Assembly (NCBI GenBank): GCA_051532035.1
Contig: JAOPTW010000014.1
Span: 206,608 to 229,356 of the forward strand
DNA: 22,749 bases
Direction of reading: 5' to 3'
Source of the DNA: Fibrobacterales bacterium
Lineage (GTDB): Bacteria > Fibrobacterota > Fibrobacteria > Fibrobacterales > JAOPTW01
In this document: positions 1 through 9,552 of the stretch, in pieces
How positions within the stretch are numbered: the stretch's first letter is position 1
Layout: the number at the start of each line of letters is the position of its first letter
The notes under the pieces: generated by a model
The model's input: the letters and a program-made list of their open reading frames with translations, nothing else
Databases searched by the model: none
Told to the model about the DNA's origin: nothing
Program-made: the position numbers and the translations under genes

Positions 1-316
1 TAAATAAAAGAGAATCAACATCGAGAGATGTGGTATCGGGATAATTGAAGCCGGAGAATCCATTAAAATCAATACGATATTTATTTACTCCTAGAACATC
101 CCGTTCCTTAAGTCCCTCTAATGCAAAAAATTCACCATTTTCAAACACCGGTAAACTCTCCGTTAGAGTAATATCGTTTTCAAGTACATAAGACCCACCA
201 GAGACAATCGCATCTCTTAAGTCTTGTTCATTAGATATAGTATGTGATTGCGCAAAAAGAGATGAAGTAAAAACAGTAACAAGTAACGCAATAAATGTAT
301 GGTGTGCAGTGTTCAT
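1..316 (-). CDS. N-terminal part of a secreted protein, truncated by the window edge; possibly beta-helix/adhesin-like
   Basis: Not in the ORF track; translated by hand. ATG at 316 is preceded by GGGGGTTATT and the frame is open to the edge: MNTAHHTFIALLVTVFTSSLFAQSHTISNEQDLRDAIVSGGSYVLENDITLTESLPVFENG... It has a Sec-type signal peptide (SLFA|Q). EQDLRDAI..GGSYVLENDITLT resembles the N-cap of beta-helix surface proteins (weak inference). Confidence 0.75.
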   Translation of the reverse strand, partial: MNTAHHTFIALLVTVFTSSLFAQSHTISNEQDLRDAIVSGGSYVLENDITLTESLPVFENGEFFALEGLKERDVLGVNKYRIDFNGFSGFNYPDTTSLDVDSLLF

Positions 317-544
317 AATAACCCCCGTTTTATGTAAGAGGCTCGTATAGGTATCCCCACCAGCCCCTCTCAACAAAGGTAACATACCTTATTTTTACAA
401 GCCGATGGTTAGTGCACATCGAAACATAACCCTACATTTAGAGTAACTGCTTATAAAGTGTTGCTGTTTAGCCATTACTTTATATGTATTTCATCGCCCT
501 ATACTCGCTTATTTACAGTTTAAAGATCGCCATGGGTAAAACAA

Positions 545-2230
545 CTAAAATGACGCAGGTTTTGTAAATGAGAACGACTCACCTGTTGTTGGATGAATAA
601 AAGTAATGTGTTCAGCATGTAAATGCAGACGATCTGCAGTTGAACCGTAGAGCATATCACCCACAATAGGGCGGTTAAGGCCAAGAGTATGAGCCGCATG
701 TACCCTGAGTTGATGAGTACGCCCTGTTATAGGGAAAAAATGCACCCATGTTCTCCCTCGTTCCCTTTTCACCACTTTCCACTCAGTTATAGCTGGTTTC
801 CCCTCTTTAAAGCACACTTTTTGACGAGGCCGGTTATCATAGTCAAAACAGAGAGGGAGTTCAATAGTCCCCGAGTCTTGCTCAACGTTCCCTTCGAGTA
901 CCGCTGCATACTGCTTCTTCACTACTTTTTTTAGAAACTGGCGTTGCAAAGCTTTATGCGCGAGCTTTGTTTTCGCAATAATTAATATCCCCGAGGTAGC
1001 CATATCGAGTCGATGGACCATCATAGGGCCTGTCGCATCAGGGTAGAGAACCTGTGCTCTCCTATAGACCGAATCTTCAATCTCTCTCCCCGGAGTTGTT
1101 AAGAGCCCAGAGGGTTTATTGACCAGTGCTATTTGATCATCTTCATAAAGCACCGAAAGTCCCTTATCTGCAACAATAATATTCAAGACAGGATTAGGGT
1201 CCATAACAATACCGTCAAGCATATGGCCCAGTATTGGTTCACACTTCCCCTTGCACGAAGGGTAAAACAAACCATGCTTGCGGATCTCGGTTCGTGGAGA
1301 CTGCCCCCACCAAAACTCCGCAAGAGCAAGCGGTGTATAACCATGAGTAAAAGCATACTGAAACAGTTTTGGAGCCGCACATTCACCAGCCCCCGAAGGA
1401 GGTGTTAACTGAGGTGTCTCTTTAAAGATATCACACACTCCTCGAAGCTCTCCCCTACTATTGAGAAACTGGTATTGATCAAAGAGTTGTTGTTGCAGTA
1501 CAATAGATCGACCTTTGCGCTCTTGTTTTAATGCAGCTACCACTTCCACGAGTTGATCAACACAATGCTGGGCCTCTTGTTTTCGTTCGCCCCATTCTCT
1601 ACGAAGAGTTTTGAAATCATATTTCAGTTTGAGGCTCTCATTTATGAGCCGTTCTTCTAGTGTAGCGTATTCAGTAGTATCAAGTGTGGTACGTGCCTCT
1701 TCTCGAAGTTGAGCTCTCTCTCTTTTTGCTTGCTTCCGCATCTGCTGACAAACGGCGAGCTCACGGGCACTCGTTTCCAAGACATCGGCCAACGCCGCAT
1801 GAGCGCTCTTCCACTCCACCGAAGACTCTAAGGCAATAACTTTTCCGTTTATTGCCATAATAATTTCTTCTTCTTTTTTATAAAAACTACCCACCGTATA
1901 GAGGTCATACACAGGAGGTACAAACCCAGGCTGAACATGATTATCTGCAAGCTTACCAGAAAAGCCTGAAAGGTATCCAATAACCCCATCAACACCTTGA
2001 ACGATCAACACTCCAAACATTTTGCCGGCATACTCATCTTCCACAACAGTATCGATACCAAAATCATGTTCCCAATCGGCTTGATCCTTAAGATAATCCT
2101 GTATTTGTTCTGCAGCATAGAGCGACAATGGATGAGCCTGATAATTAAAGGGATAGGTAAACCGCTCAGGAAGCGAATGCTCCGCAAGAACGTTTAAAGG
2201 AATAGGTTTAAATATTGAAGAGTCTTCCAC
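545..2230 (-). CDS. RluA-family RNA pseudouridine synthase, long form with ~350-aa N-terminal extension
   Basis: The C-terminal ~210 aa carry the RluA motifs VNKPSGLL, HRLDMATSG (catalytic Asp), KQYAAV, PITGRTHQLRVH, PIVGDMLYG and LHLHA. The extension has GKMFGVL, FSGKL, a coiled coil, GAGECAAPKL and FYPSCKGKC. GTG start with GGTGG upstream. Confidence 0.93.
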   Translation of the reverse strand: MEDSSIFKPIPLNVLAEHSLPERFTYPFNYQAHPLSLYAAEQIQDYLKDQADWEHDFGIDTVVEDEYAGKMFGVLIVQGVDGVIGYLSGFSGKLADNHVQPGFVPPVYDLYTVGSFYKKEEEIIMAINGKVIALESSVEWKSAHAALADVLETSARELAVCQQMRKQAKRERAQLREEARTTLDTTEYATLEERLINESLKLKYDFKTLRREWGERKQEAQHCVDQLVEVVAALKQERKGRSIVLQQQLFDQYQFLNSRGELRGVCDIFKETPQLTPPSGAGECAAPKLFQYAFTHGYTPLALAEFWWGQSPRTEIRKHGLFYPSCKGKCEPILGHMLDGIVMDPNPVLNIIVADKGLSVLYEDDQIALVNKPSGLLTTPGREIEDSVYRRAQVLYPDATGPMMVHRLDMATSGILIIAKTKLAHKALQRQFLKKVVKKQYAAVLEGNVEQDSGTIELPLCFDYDNRPRQKVCFKEGKPAITEWKVVKRERGRTWVHFFPITGRTHQLRVHAAHTLGLNRPIVGDMLYGSTADRLHLHAEHITFIHPTTGESFSFTKPASF

Positions 2231-2528
2231 TCATACCACCAAAGATCATGACGCCCCAAAAATAAATAATCCAACTCAATTCTGGACAGTAAAAGAACGC
2301 TATCTTACTATTAGAAGCACCTCTAAACATTAAATGGCAGTTTTTTGCCTTACTGTGCACAGCCTGTGATAAAATTAAGCACTCATTACTTTCGCAAGGG
2401 TAGAGGAATTTTATTTATTTTTGATGTTTAATGCAAAGTTTAGGGTATACTCATAGATAAAATAGGCATTAAGGGCCCAGCTGCTTTTTAAAACCTATGT
2501 TTAGGGTACAACGATAGGGGTTATTTAG

Positions 2529-4247
2529 GTGTTTTATACAATGGGTATAGTATTGTTTTCTCTGCTATTGAGTGGCTGTTTTTCAGCCAGCTCAGTACTC
2601 ACTGAAGAGACAATGCCCTGCCCCGTTGATCAAATAACTCCAATGGCAAGCCTGGGTGAGCGAGATATCACCTTTAATGAAGAACGAGGCTTTTATACAA
2701 AATCTTTTAAACTCTCGTTAAGTTCTTCGCTAGAAGGCGACCTTTTTTACACCACCGATGGTTCAATACCCACTCCAGAAGATGGGCAGGAATACGATGG
2801 TTCCATCAGCATATCTACAACCACAGTAATAAGAGCGGCAATCTACCATGGTTGCATCCGTAATTCTGAAATTGTGACCCATAGTTACTTTTTTCTTGAA
2901 GACGTAATAGAGCAAGATGAAGACGACGCCCCTAACCACGAAACGTGGGGGCATTCTGGCCCTGATTGGGAAATGGACCCGCGCGTTATTGAGGCAAGTG
3001 AAATGCCGGGTGACAAAGAGAGTATTTTTGAGACACTCCCCACCTTCTCAGTTTCTATGGACTGGAACAACTGGTTTGGAGTAGGTGGTATTTATCTTGC
3101 GGGAGAGAATATTGAAAAAGAGGTCTCTGTTGAATATATTCCCCTCGACAAAGAGGGGTTTGCTGTACGCTCACACATCGAAATATTTGGTGGCACCAGT
3201 GTCAATCGATGGAAGGTCGACAAACTCTCATTTAGACTAACATTCCGCGAAGAGACAGGATATTCAAAACTCAAATACAAACTCTTTGATGATTCTCCTC
3301 TAGAAAGTTTTCAACGAGTTATACTCGACGCCGCTCACAACAACACTTTTTTTGCGGTGACCGAAGCACAGCGCAAACGGTCACACTATGCCCGTGACCA
3401 ATTTGCAGCAGACCTCCACAATGCAATTGGTGGCTATGCACCACACGGAAACTACGCGCACCTCTACCTCAACGGTATATACTGGGGTCTGTATTACATT
3501 CATGAACGCCCCGACCACGACTTTGCAGAGGCCTACCTTGGCGGCGATGACAATGACTACAATGTTATTAAACACAAAATGAATAATATTGTCAGTGGAA
3601 GTAATGAGAGTTACAAAGAGCTCTGGAAACGAGCAGAAGAAGACTTGAGTGATGATGACAATTATGAGGCGGTTGCGGAGCTTCTCGATATTGATCAATA
3701 CATAAAATACATTCTCTTACACCTCTACTTAGGGAACAACGATTGGGGAACCAATAACTGGTATGCAACGCAACACAAAAGAGGCAAGTGGCGATTCCAC
3801 ACTTGGGATGCCGAACATACTATGGAGCACTCTCAAACAAACAACTTCAATCGCCTCCATTACTCCGACATGGGTTTTCATAAACACCTCATGTTTAACG
3901 AAGAGTACCGAGAACAATTTATGGAAGTGGTCAATAAAGAATTTTATGATGGGGGCCTTTTTACCGAAGAGGTAGCATCAGCTATGCTCATAGAAAGAGC
4001 TGAAGAGATACGGACAGCACTTATCGCGGAATCAGCACGTTGGGGTGACAATAAAACTCCAGAAGAGCCCCTCACTCAATGGGATACTTGGGAAGGCATT
4101 CATAATTACCTCCTCAAAATCTGGTTCCCTCGACGTACCAATAACATTTTAGAACAGATCGAGTGGGAGGTAGAAAACTACGAGACCGCACTTCTCTCAC
4201 GAGATGACCGACATGAACTCTATGAGTCATCATCTGCGACCCAATAA
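2529..4247 (+). CDS. CotH-family kinase lipoprotein with N-terminal FN3-associated (chitobiase C-terminal-like) domain
   Basis: Lipobox LLSGC after a hydrophobic stretch. LFYTTDGSIP...TTVIRAA is an FN3-associated signature. CotH motifs: KLSFRL, LYLNGIYWGLYYIHER, GNNDWGTNNW, WRFHTWDAE, ESARWGD. Alternative start is ATG 2541. Confidence 0.85.
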   Translation: MFYTMGIVLFSLLLSGCFSASSVLTEETMPCPVDQITPMASLGERDITFNEERGFYTKSFKLSLSSSLEGDLFYTTDGSIPTPEDGQEYDGSISISTTTVIRAAIYHGCIRNSEIVTHSYFFLEDVIEQDEDDAPNHETWGHSGPDWEMDPRVIEASEMPGDKESIFETLPTFSVSMDWNNWFGVGGIYLAGENIEKEVSVEYIPLDKEGFAVRSHIEIFGGTSVNRWKVDKLSFRLTFREETGYSKLKYKLFDDSPLESFQRVILDAAHNNTFFAVTEAQRKRSHYARDQFAADLHNAIGGYAPHGNYAHLYLNGIYWGLYYIHERPDHDFAEAYLGGDDNDYNVIKHKMNNIVSGSNESYKELWKRAEEDLSDDDNYEAVAELLDIDQYIKYILLHLYLGNNDWGTNNWYATQHKRGKWRFHTWDAEHTMEHSQTNNFNRLHYSDMGFHKHLMFNEEYREQFMEVVNKEFYDGGLFTEEVASAMLIERAEEIRTALIAESARWGDNKTPEEPLTQWDTWEGIHNYLLKIWFPRRTNNILEQIEWEVENYETALLSRDDRHELYESSSATQ

Positions 4248-4251
4248 TCCT

Positions 4252-6486
4252 TTATCGAGCATCAGGTCGAACATACCCAAATGTATAGGTGTTCGTATTT
4301 TCTAAATGTTTTTTCGTACCTTTCTTTTTTTCATTATAATCATAGTGCAGTGTAAAGGTCACCACTTGCTTAACCTGCATAATAACCACTCCAGACCCTA
4401 CTCTCCGTCCATTATCTAATGTAAGATACGCATGACCATTTACATCCATAGTAGGAAGCCATTCAAATACATACCGCATGTGTGATGATTCTTCACCCTC
4501 TTTCACAGCGCCAACAACATCGGTAAAAGAATAATACTTGAGAAACTGAGCATCAGTAGAAAAGTATGAGAGCTGAATAGTCATATCGGCATCCCACACC
4601 ATCGCACCACCTTCTGGATAGGCGATATCAACCGAGATCAATTGCCCCATACCGTCCTCTATACCTGCTGCTGATATGAGTTCAAAAGATTGCGAGTCGT
4701 CGTTATATCGATAAGTACCCTCATCAGTCTGCTTCGAAACCCGAGTCATCTCTTCTGACTCAGGATCCATCAGCCACGGATCTCCTCTGAGATCTTTAGA
4801 ATAATCTAAAAACGTTGTCCCACTTTCAACAACGATTCGCTCATCTCCATTAGTTGAGAGAGCATTCTCTTTACCCCAATCATCACGATTCTCCTCAAGA
4901 GGTTCTTTTTCTGGAGATGTATCATCAGGAACGCTCTCTTCTTTAGTAAGACCATCAGGAATAATAACCCTTCCTGAGTCATCTACTGGTAATGTCGTTT
5001 CTTCTTCTTCTGAAGTACCTTCACCTAATATTGCGTCCAACAGTGAATCACGGAGTGTGGTATTTACTTCGCCAGATTTGAACGTTTCCTCTGAAGAAAA
5101 TACTAATCGAGCATATGCAGTATCACGAGGGTCAACGGCGTGCTTCCAAAAGGCCATAATTACATCAGGGTCATCCATTTCAATACTACTATTATCTTCG
5201 GTAACACCACCCAATGAAAGAGTAACCTCTTGTCCACTCTGATAGGTCCCCTTCGACTCCTGTTGTTCCACAGTCCAAAACTCAGAGTCCCATGAGCTCC
5301 CCGTTCCCAACACTATAATTTCACTCGAATTTGTTTGATCATGAGCATACAATAACAAGTCCACAGGATCGAGAGAAGATTGAGCAGTTACAGCATCACC
5401 TTTTTCATCAATGAAAGAGAGCATTGACCGTGGCTTACAAGACAACCCAAAGACCCCTTCAGATTCCTGAGTAGATTTTTTATCCGCAGCGACTTCAATA
5501 ATTATACTCTTATTAACCGTCGTCAAATTATTATAAGAAATTTCAAAATCAATGGTATTACTCCCTTCTTGAAGGGGAAGAATTTCAGACAATGCTACGT
5601 TCCAATTTCCCTGTTCATTTTGCGATACCCTTTGAGTAGTAACAGACTGATCAGTATCTCGGTTCGTTAACAAAACATTGACAGGCTTAGAACGACTCAT
5701 GGATACTTCAATATTATCTTTGAGTACTTGCAAGAGATTAAATTTCGAGATCGGAATACGATTCAACTCCGCATCTTTACTATTTCCTGACAACTGGAAC
5801 ATTGAAGTCGAACTATTTTCACTGACACTATTAATCATATAAAATGAGTCAAACCGATATTCAAGTTCAATATAATTTTTACCATCCGGTTTATTTATTG
5901 TTTGTCTCAACTCATTGACGAGTTTAATATTATCAGCACCCACCTTATCAGTAATAAAATACATAACTACATTGACATCTGGGTGAGCCTCTTTGAACTC
6001 ACTCACCAGGTTACTTCCTCTCAGTAACTTTGAAGCGCTAGTACGCCCCGTATATTTAATGTTTGTTTGGATTGATGCAATATCAAAACTTTCAGCAGTT
6101 TTGATATCAATCGTATTACCTTGGTTACCAGCAAAATCCATAAACCCAATATATGACTCAGGATATTGTGACTGTTGATGCTCAATAACTTCGAGTACAT
6201 CCGGAAAAGCACTATTAGATTTATCCCAATTACTCACTGCACCTGAATGATCAAACATGTAGAGTATTGCTGTCTGGCCCATAGGTTTCTCATCTTCTCC
6301 ATCACAAAAAACCAAACCATCTTGTGCCACCCGGGTCAGTGCATTCTTAAAAGTAAAGGTATCTCCCGACAGATCTGATGGCGTAATACACTGCATAGAC
6401 TCTGATACTTGTAGCTCACACAATTCATTTGTGCTAGTAAACCCCAGACTAAAAAACAATAGAACAATTCCAAAAATCATTCTCAT
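4252..6486 (-). CDS. Secreted vWA-like domain protein with conserved C-terminal sorting-like module
   Basis: N-terminal signal peptide. AILYMFDHSGA is a degenerate MIDAS, followed by IGFMDFA and VMYFITD vWA strands. There is an acidic linker, and the protein ends VFEW...NGRRVGSGV...TFGYVRP. GAGG upstream of ATG. Confidence 0.72.
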   Translation of the reverse strand: MRMIFGIVLLFFSLGFTSTNELCELQVSESMQCITPSDLSGDTFTFKNALTRVAQDGLVFCDGEDEKPMGQTAILYMFDHSGAVSNWDKSNSAFPDVLEVIEHQQSQYPESYIGFMDFAGNQGNTIDIKTAESFDIASIQTNIKYTGRTSASKLLRGSNLVSEFKEAHPDVNVVMYFITDKVGADNIKLVNELRQTINKPDGKNYIELEYRFDSFYMINSVSENSSTSMFQLSGNSKDAELNRIPISKFNLLQVLKDNIEVSMSRSKPVNVLLTNRDTDQSVTTQRVSQNEQGNWNVALSEILPLQEGSNTIDFEISYNNLTTVNKSIIIEVAADKKSTQESEGVFGLSCKPRSMLSFIDEKGDAVTAQSSLDPVDLLLYAHDQTNSSEIIVLGTGSSWDSEFWTVEQQESKGTYQSGQEVTLSLGGVTEDNSSIEMDDPDVIMAFWKHAVDPRDTAYARLVFSSEETFKSGEVNTTLRDSLLDAILGEGTSEEEETTLPVDDSGRVIIPDGLTKEESVPDDTSPEKEPLEENRDDWGKENALSTNGDERIVVESGTTFLDYSKDLRGDPWLMDPESEEMTRVSKQTDEGTYRYNDDSQSFELISAAGIEDGMGQLISVDIAYPEGGAMVWDADMTIQLSYFSTDAQFLKYYSFTDVVGAVKEGEESSHMRYVFEWLPTMDVNGHAYLTLDNGRRVGSGVVIMQVKQVVTFTLHYDYNEKKKGTKKHLENTNTYTFGYVRPDAR

Positions 6487-6564
6487 AATAAAACCTCATG
6501 TAAAGAAATAATACTGCGCCTCTTCCCGTGTCCCTCAACGCGAAAGAGTGAGTTCCCTTATAGA

Positions 6565-6580
6565 AGCAAAAAACAGACCA
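6565..6580 (-). promoter_or_regulatory. Putative sigma-54 (-24/-12) promoter of the vWA gene
   Basis: The minus strand reads TGGTCTGTTTTTTGCT, matching TGGCAC-N5-TTGCW with exact GG-N10-GC spacing, ~80 nt upstream of ATG 6486. Confidence 0.5.
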
Positions 6581-6870
6581 CTATCAATGTATCATTTATG
6601 AGCCGTATAATCAGAGCCACCTGGGGAAAAATGGGATTCACCTAAAAAACGATACAATATGTTCCACTTTTTCAGATTGTACTTAAGTTAAACTTCACCC
6701 CGCTCGATCCACAGCCTGAATAATCCTGATCGAAATATCCATAGCCATGATTGCTTTAGATATAAAAGAAAAAAAACATAGTAAGCGCCCATTTAAACGA
6801 GGGTCTACAGGTTGATAATAGAGAATACCTTACTAATATTTTATATGCACATACACGACCAACTGTTTAA

Positions 6871-6910
6871 AAAGAGTATTTGATGCGGGGACTTACTTCA
6901 AATACTCTTT
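6871..6910. repeat. Perfect 13-bp inverted repeat (hairpin) in divergent intergenic region
   Basis: AAAGAGTATTTGA (6871-6883), 14-nt loop, TCAAATACTCTTT (6898-6910). Confidence 0.7.
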
Positions 6911-7139
6911 GATAACGAGGGATCATTCAAAATTTTGTTTCAGCTCTAAACGAGTGTCTTTAGCTATGCATATTTTTGAATAATACCATTTTTCTTTTAG
7001 AGGAGAATTGAGTCGTGCATTTTCGAAATTCAAAAGCATCCTGGATACTATCATCCTATTACAGCGGTCCTATGGTGTATTCAACACCATACAACCCATT
7101 TCTACTACTCAATTCATTCGTTAGTGCTCCCTCTCAGGG

Positions 7140-7168
7140 GATGAACAGCACCTTATCTGCTGTTCATC
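7140..7168. repeat. Perfect 11-bp inverted repeat ~90 nt upstream of the GH5 gene
   Basis: GATGAACAGCA-ccttatc-TGCTGTTCATC. Confidence 0.65.
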
Positions 7169-7258
7169 AACCACACCAATGGCACCCTCTGATATTTTAA
7201 CACTGCACACAGTCACAAATTTTACCACAAATCTCATCAATCACCATTAGGGACCACA

Positions 7259-9466
7259 ATGAATTACACACACACAATTAAAGCAGTGCTCATAGTATGC
7301 ATTGTATCAATACTATTGACGGCAACCACTGTCCATTCATCCGGCTACCTCAAAAGAGAAGGCACTACAATCGTCAACGATGAGGGCTCAATTATACTTC
7401 GAGGAGTCAATGTTGGGAACTGGCTTTTCTCTGAAGGGTACTTAATGAATATAGATACTGATGGGTTCAAAACTCCATCAGAGTTTCGGCATCGCGTTAA
7501 AGCGCTCCTTGAAGATGATACCAAGGCACAAGAGTTCTTTGATGCTTGGCGCGATAACTTTTTTACTGAACAAGATGTAATAAGCATGCAAGAGGTTGGG
7601 ATCAATTCATACCGGATACTCTTTCAATATAAAGACATCTATGATGTTGATAGTGGTCTTCTCAAACCTGACGGGCTCAACTATTTAGACAGTTGTGCAG
7701 CATGGGGTAAACGACATGATGTCTATATGATATTTGATATGCATGGCGCTCCGGGTGGTCAAAATTTTATGGACCATGCCGATGTAAATCTCGGTGACAC
7801 CGAAGGCATCACTGAACCGTATAAACTTTTCGACGGCACTGATTCAGATTTTGACACATACTCAGATCTTGCTGCTGAAGTTTGGAAAGCGATAGCGAAA
7901 CACTTTGTCGATGAAAGTAATATTGCATATGACTTGATGAATGAACCAGTTATGGCCATTGAAAAGCACGAAAAACTCCGAACACTCATGCACAAAATTA
8001 CTGATGCCATTCGAGAAGTAGACACAAAACACTTGATTATTGTTGAGGGAGCTCAATGGGCATCTTGGCCCGAGGCACTTGGTGACCGTTGGGATGACAA
8101 CATGGCCGTATCTACTCACAACTACTGGACAGAGGCACCTAATAGTGTTCGCTCCAATCATATAAATTGGGCTGCACAGCAAGACCTCCCTTTATGGCAT
8201 GGTGAGTCTGGCGAGAACTCTAATGTATGGTATGGCCTTGAAATAGCTGATTTAGAAGAGAAAGGAATGGGTTGGTCTTGGTGGACTTTTAAGAAAATTA
8301 AAAGTGTTACGGGTCTTTATAGTTGTGATGAAAATTTTAAGTATAAAATAGTACTTGATTCATGGGTGCACGACTCAATATCTATAACAGCTGAGGATGC
8401 TTATGCAGGTTTAAAAGCACAAGCAACAAGCATGAGCTCTGTGAATTGTTCAAAAAACATTTCTGTTATTGACGCCCTCTTTAGGAAAAAATTCTTAACT
8501 GAGTCGGTACCTTACGACAACACACCGATTCAAATTCCTGAAATTAAAATACGTAAAGAGAAAGAGACTCTTGATTCATCAGTCACTATTCTAGCCGAAC
8601 ACTATGACATGGGCACTCAAGGGGTAGCATACTTTGATACTGACTTCATTCAAACTAATTCTGATTCACTAGGCAATTGGAATAAAGGGTGGGTGTTTCG
8701 TAATGATGGTGTTGATATCACAAAAAGCTGGGGTGCTCATGAACGTGGGTATATGATTTCTCACATTGAGCCAGGTGAATGGGTTACATACACTTTTGAA
8801 ATTGTCAAAGCAGGTGAAGTTGAAATAGAAGCCTATTTTTCTAATCTAGAAGCAAAGACTATTACTCTGGCACTCAATAGTGATACTCTATTCCACAATG
8901 CAAAAATTGCACCTACAAAAAATTGGAGTGACGCTGAATCAAATACACTCGGCACTCATTATTTTGAAAAAGGAACGCACACTTTTACTCTTTTCTTTGA
9001 ATCAGATGAGATTAACTTTTTTCGATTTCATTTAACGATGCTAAGAGAAGAAGCTCATGATTCGTCGGGAACGTCTAGCATAGAGGATACATTTTCTTCA
9101 TCAAACCCAGAGGTCTCTTCAAGTATAGTCACTGAAGGAAGCTCAAGTTCAACTGTAGAAAGTTCTATTGCCGCTCTCTCCTTTGAAAACCCAACAGACC
9201 CTCTAAGCTCTGAAGTAACTGCCCCCATTATTGACCACTCGCTTGCATACACTGTAATCAAAAGGGACAAACAGCTATTCATAACATCGATGCACCCTCA
9301 AGGACTGCTCAATATTACTATTCTAAACCTCTTTGGTTCCCACATTAAAGCATATTCGAGTAATACTAAAACAGTAACTATCGATACTGAATATCTTGTT
9401 CCAGGAAGCTATATCGCATTAATGAACGGGGCATTATCACAATCATTTGGATTTACGGTAGAGTAA
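7259..9466 (+). CDS. Secreted glycoside hydrolase family 5 (cellulase family) with CBM6-like module, Ser-rich linker and T9SS type A-like C-terminal domain
   Basis: Signal peptide. GH5 motifs LRGVNVGNWL, IFDMHGAPGGQN, YDLMNEP (acid/base Glu), STHNY, LWHGESGEN (nucleophile Glu) and GWSWWTFKK. CBM6-like region AEHYDMG..AYFD..RNDGVDI..GEWVTY. Ser-rich linker, then C-terminal ITILNLFG...LVPGSYI. Confidence 0.9.
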   Translation: MNYTHTIKAVLIVCIVSILLTATTVHSSGYLKREGTTIVNDEGSIILRGVNVGNWLFSEGYLMNIDTDGFKTPSEFRHRVKALLEDDTKAQEFFDAWRDNFFTEQDVISMQEVGINSYRILFQYKDIYDVDSGLLKPDGLNYLDSCAAWGKRHDVYMIFDMHGAPGGQNFMDHADVNLGDTEGITEPYKLFDGTDSDFDTYSDLAAEVWKAIAKHFVDESNIAYDLMNEPVMAIEKHEKLRTLMHKITDAIREVDTKHLIIVEGAQWASWPEALGDRWDDNMAVSTHNYWTEAPNSVRSNHINWAAQQDLPLWHGESGENSNVWYGLEIADLEEKGMGWSWWTFKKIKSVTGLYSCDENFKYKIVLDSWVHDSISITAEDAYAGLKAQATSMSSVNCSKNISVIDALFRKKFLTESVPYDNTPIQIPEIKIRKEKETLDSSVTILAEHYDMGTQGVAYFDTDFIQTNSDSLGNWNKGWVFRNDGVDITKSWGAHERGYMISHIEPGEWVTYTFEIVKAGEVEIEAYFSNLEAKTITLALNSDTLFHNAKIAPTKNWSDAESNTLGTHYFEKGTHTFTLFFESDEINFFRFHLTMLREEAHDSSGTSSIEDTFSSSNPEVSSSIVTEGSSSSTVESSIAALSFENPTDPLSSEVTAPIIDHSLAYTVIKRDKQLFITSMHPQGLLNITILNLFGSHIKAYSSNTKTVTIDTEYLVPGSYIALMNGALSQSFGFTVE

Positions 9467-9476
9467 ACTCCGTATT

Positions 9477-9514
9477 AACTCTATGCGTTCAATTCTCCCT
9501 GAGCGCATAGAGTT
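9477..9514. terminator. Hairpin between convergent GH5 and shikimate dehydrogenase-like genes; probable terminator
   Basis: AACTCTATGCGTTCA-attctccc-TGAGCGCATAGAGTT: a 15-bp stem with one G-U pair, 10 nt after the GH5 stop. The U tail is weak. Confidence 0.6.
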
Positions 9515-9552
9515 CTATTATAATCGAGTACTGCACCTGTAGTCACATACTA

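Noticed and set aside
2335..2349. TGGCAGTTTTTTGCC as a sigma-54 promoter for CotH
   Set aside because: The GG-to-GC spacer is 9 nt rather than the strictly required 10.
6525..6556. CGAAAG-containing stem as a c-di-GMP-I riboswitch
   Set aside because: It lacks the GGCAAA...GACGCAAAGC consensus and is on the wrong strand for the adjacent gene.
7129..7145. CTCTCAGG as part of a glycine riboswitch
   Set aside because: There are no GGAGA/CCGAAG partner elements or second aptamer, and the downstream gene is unrelated to glycine.
7015..7200. 61-aa GTG ORF with AGGAG upstream
   Set aside because: The composition is atypical (S/P/H-rich, no acidic residues), there is no recognisable family, and it overlaps hairpins. 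Not called as a CDS; mentioned only within the leader finding.
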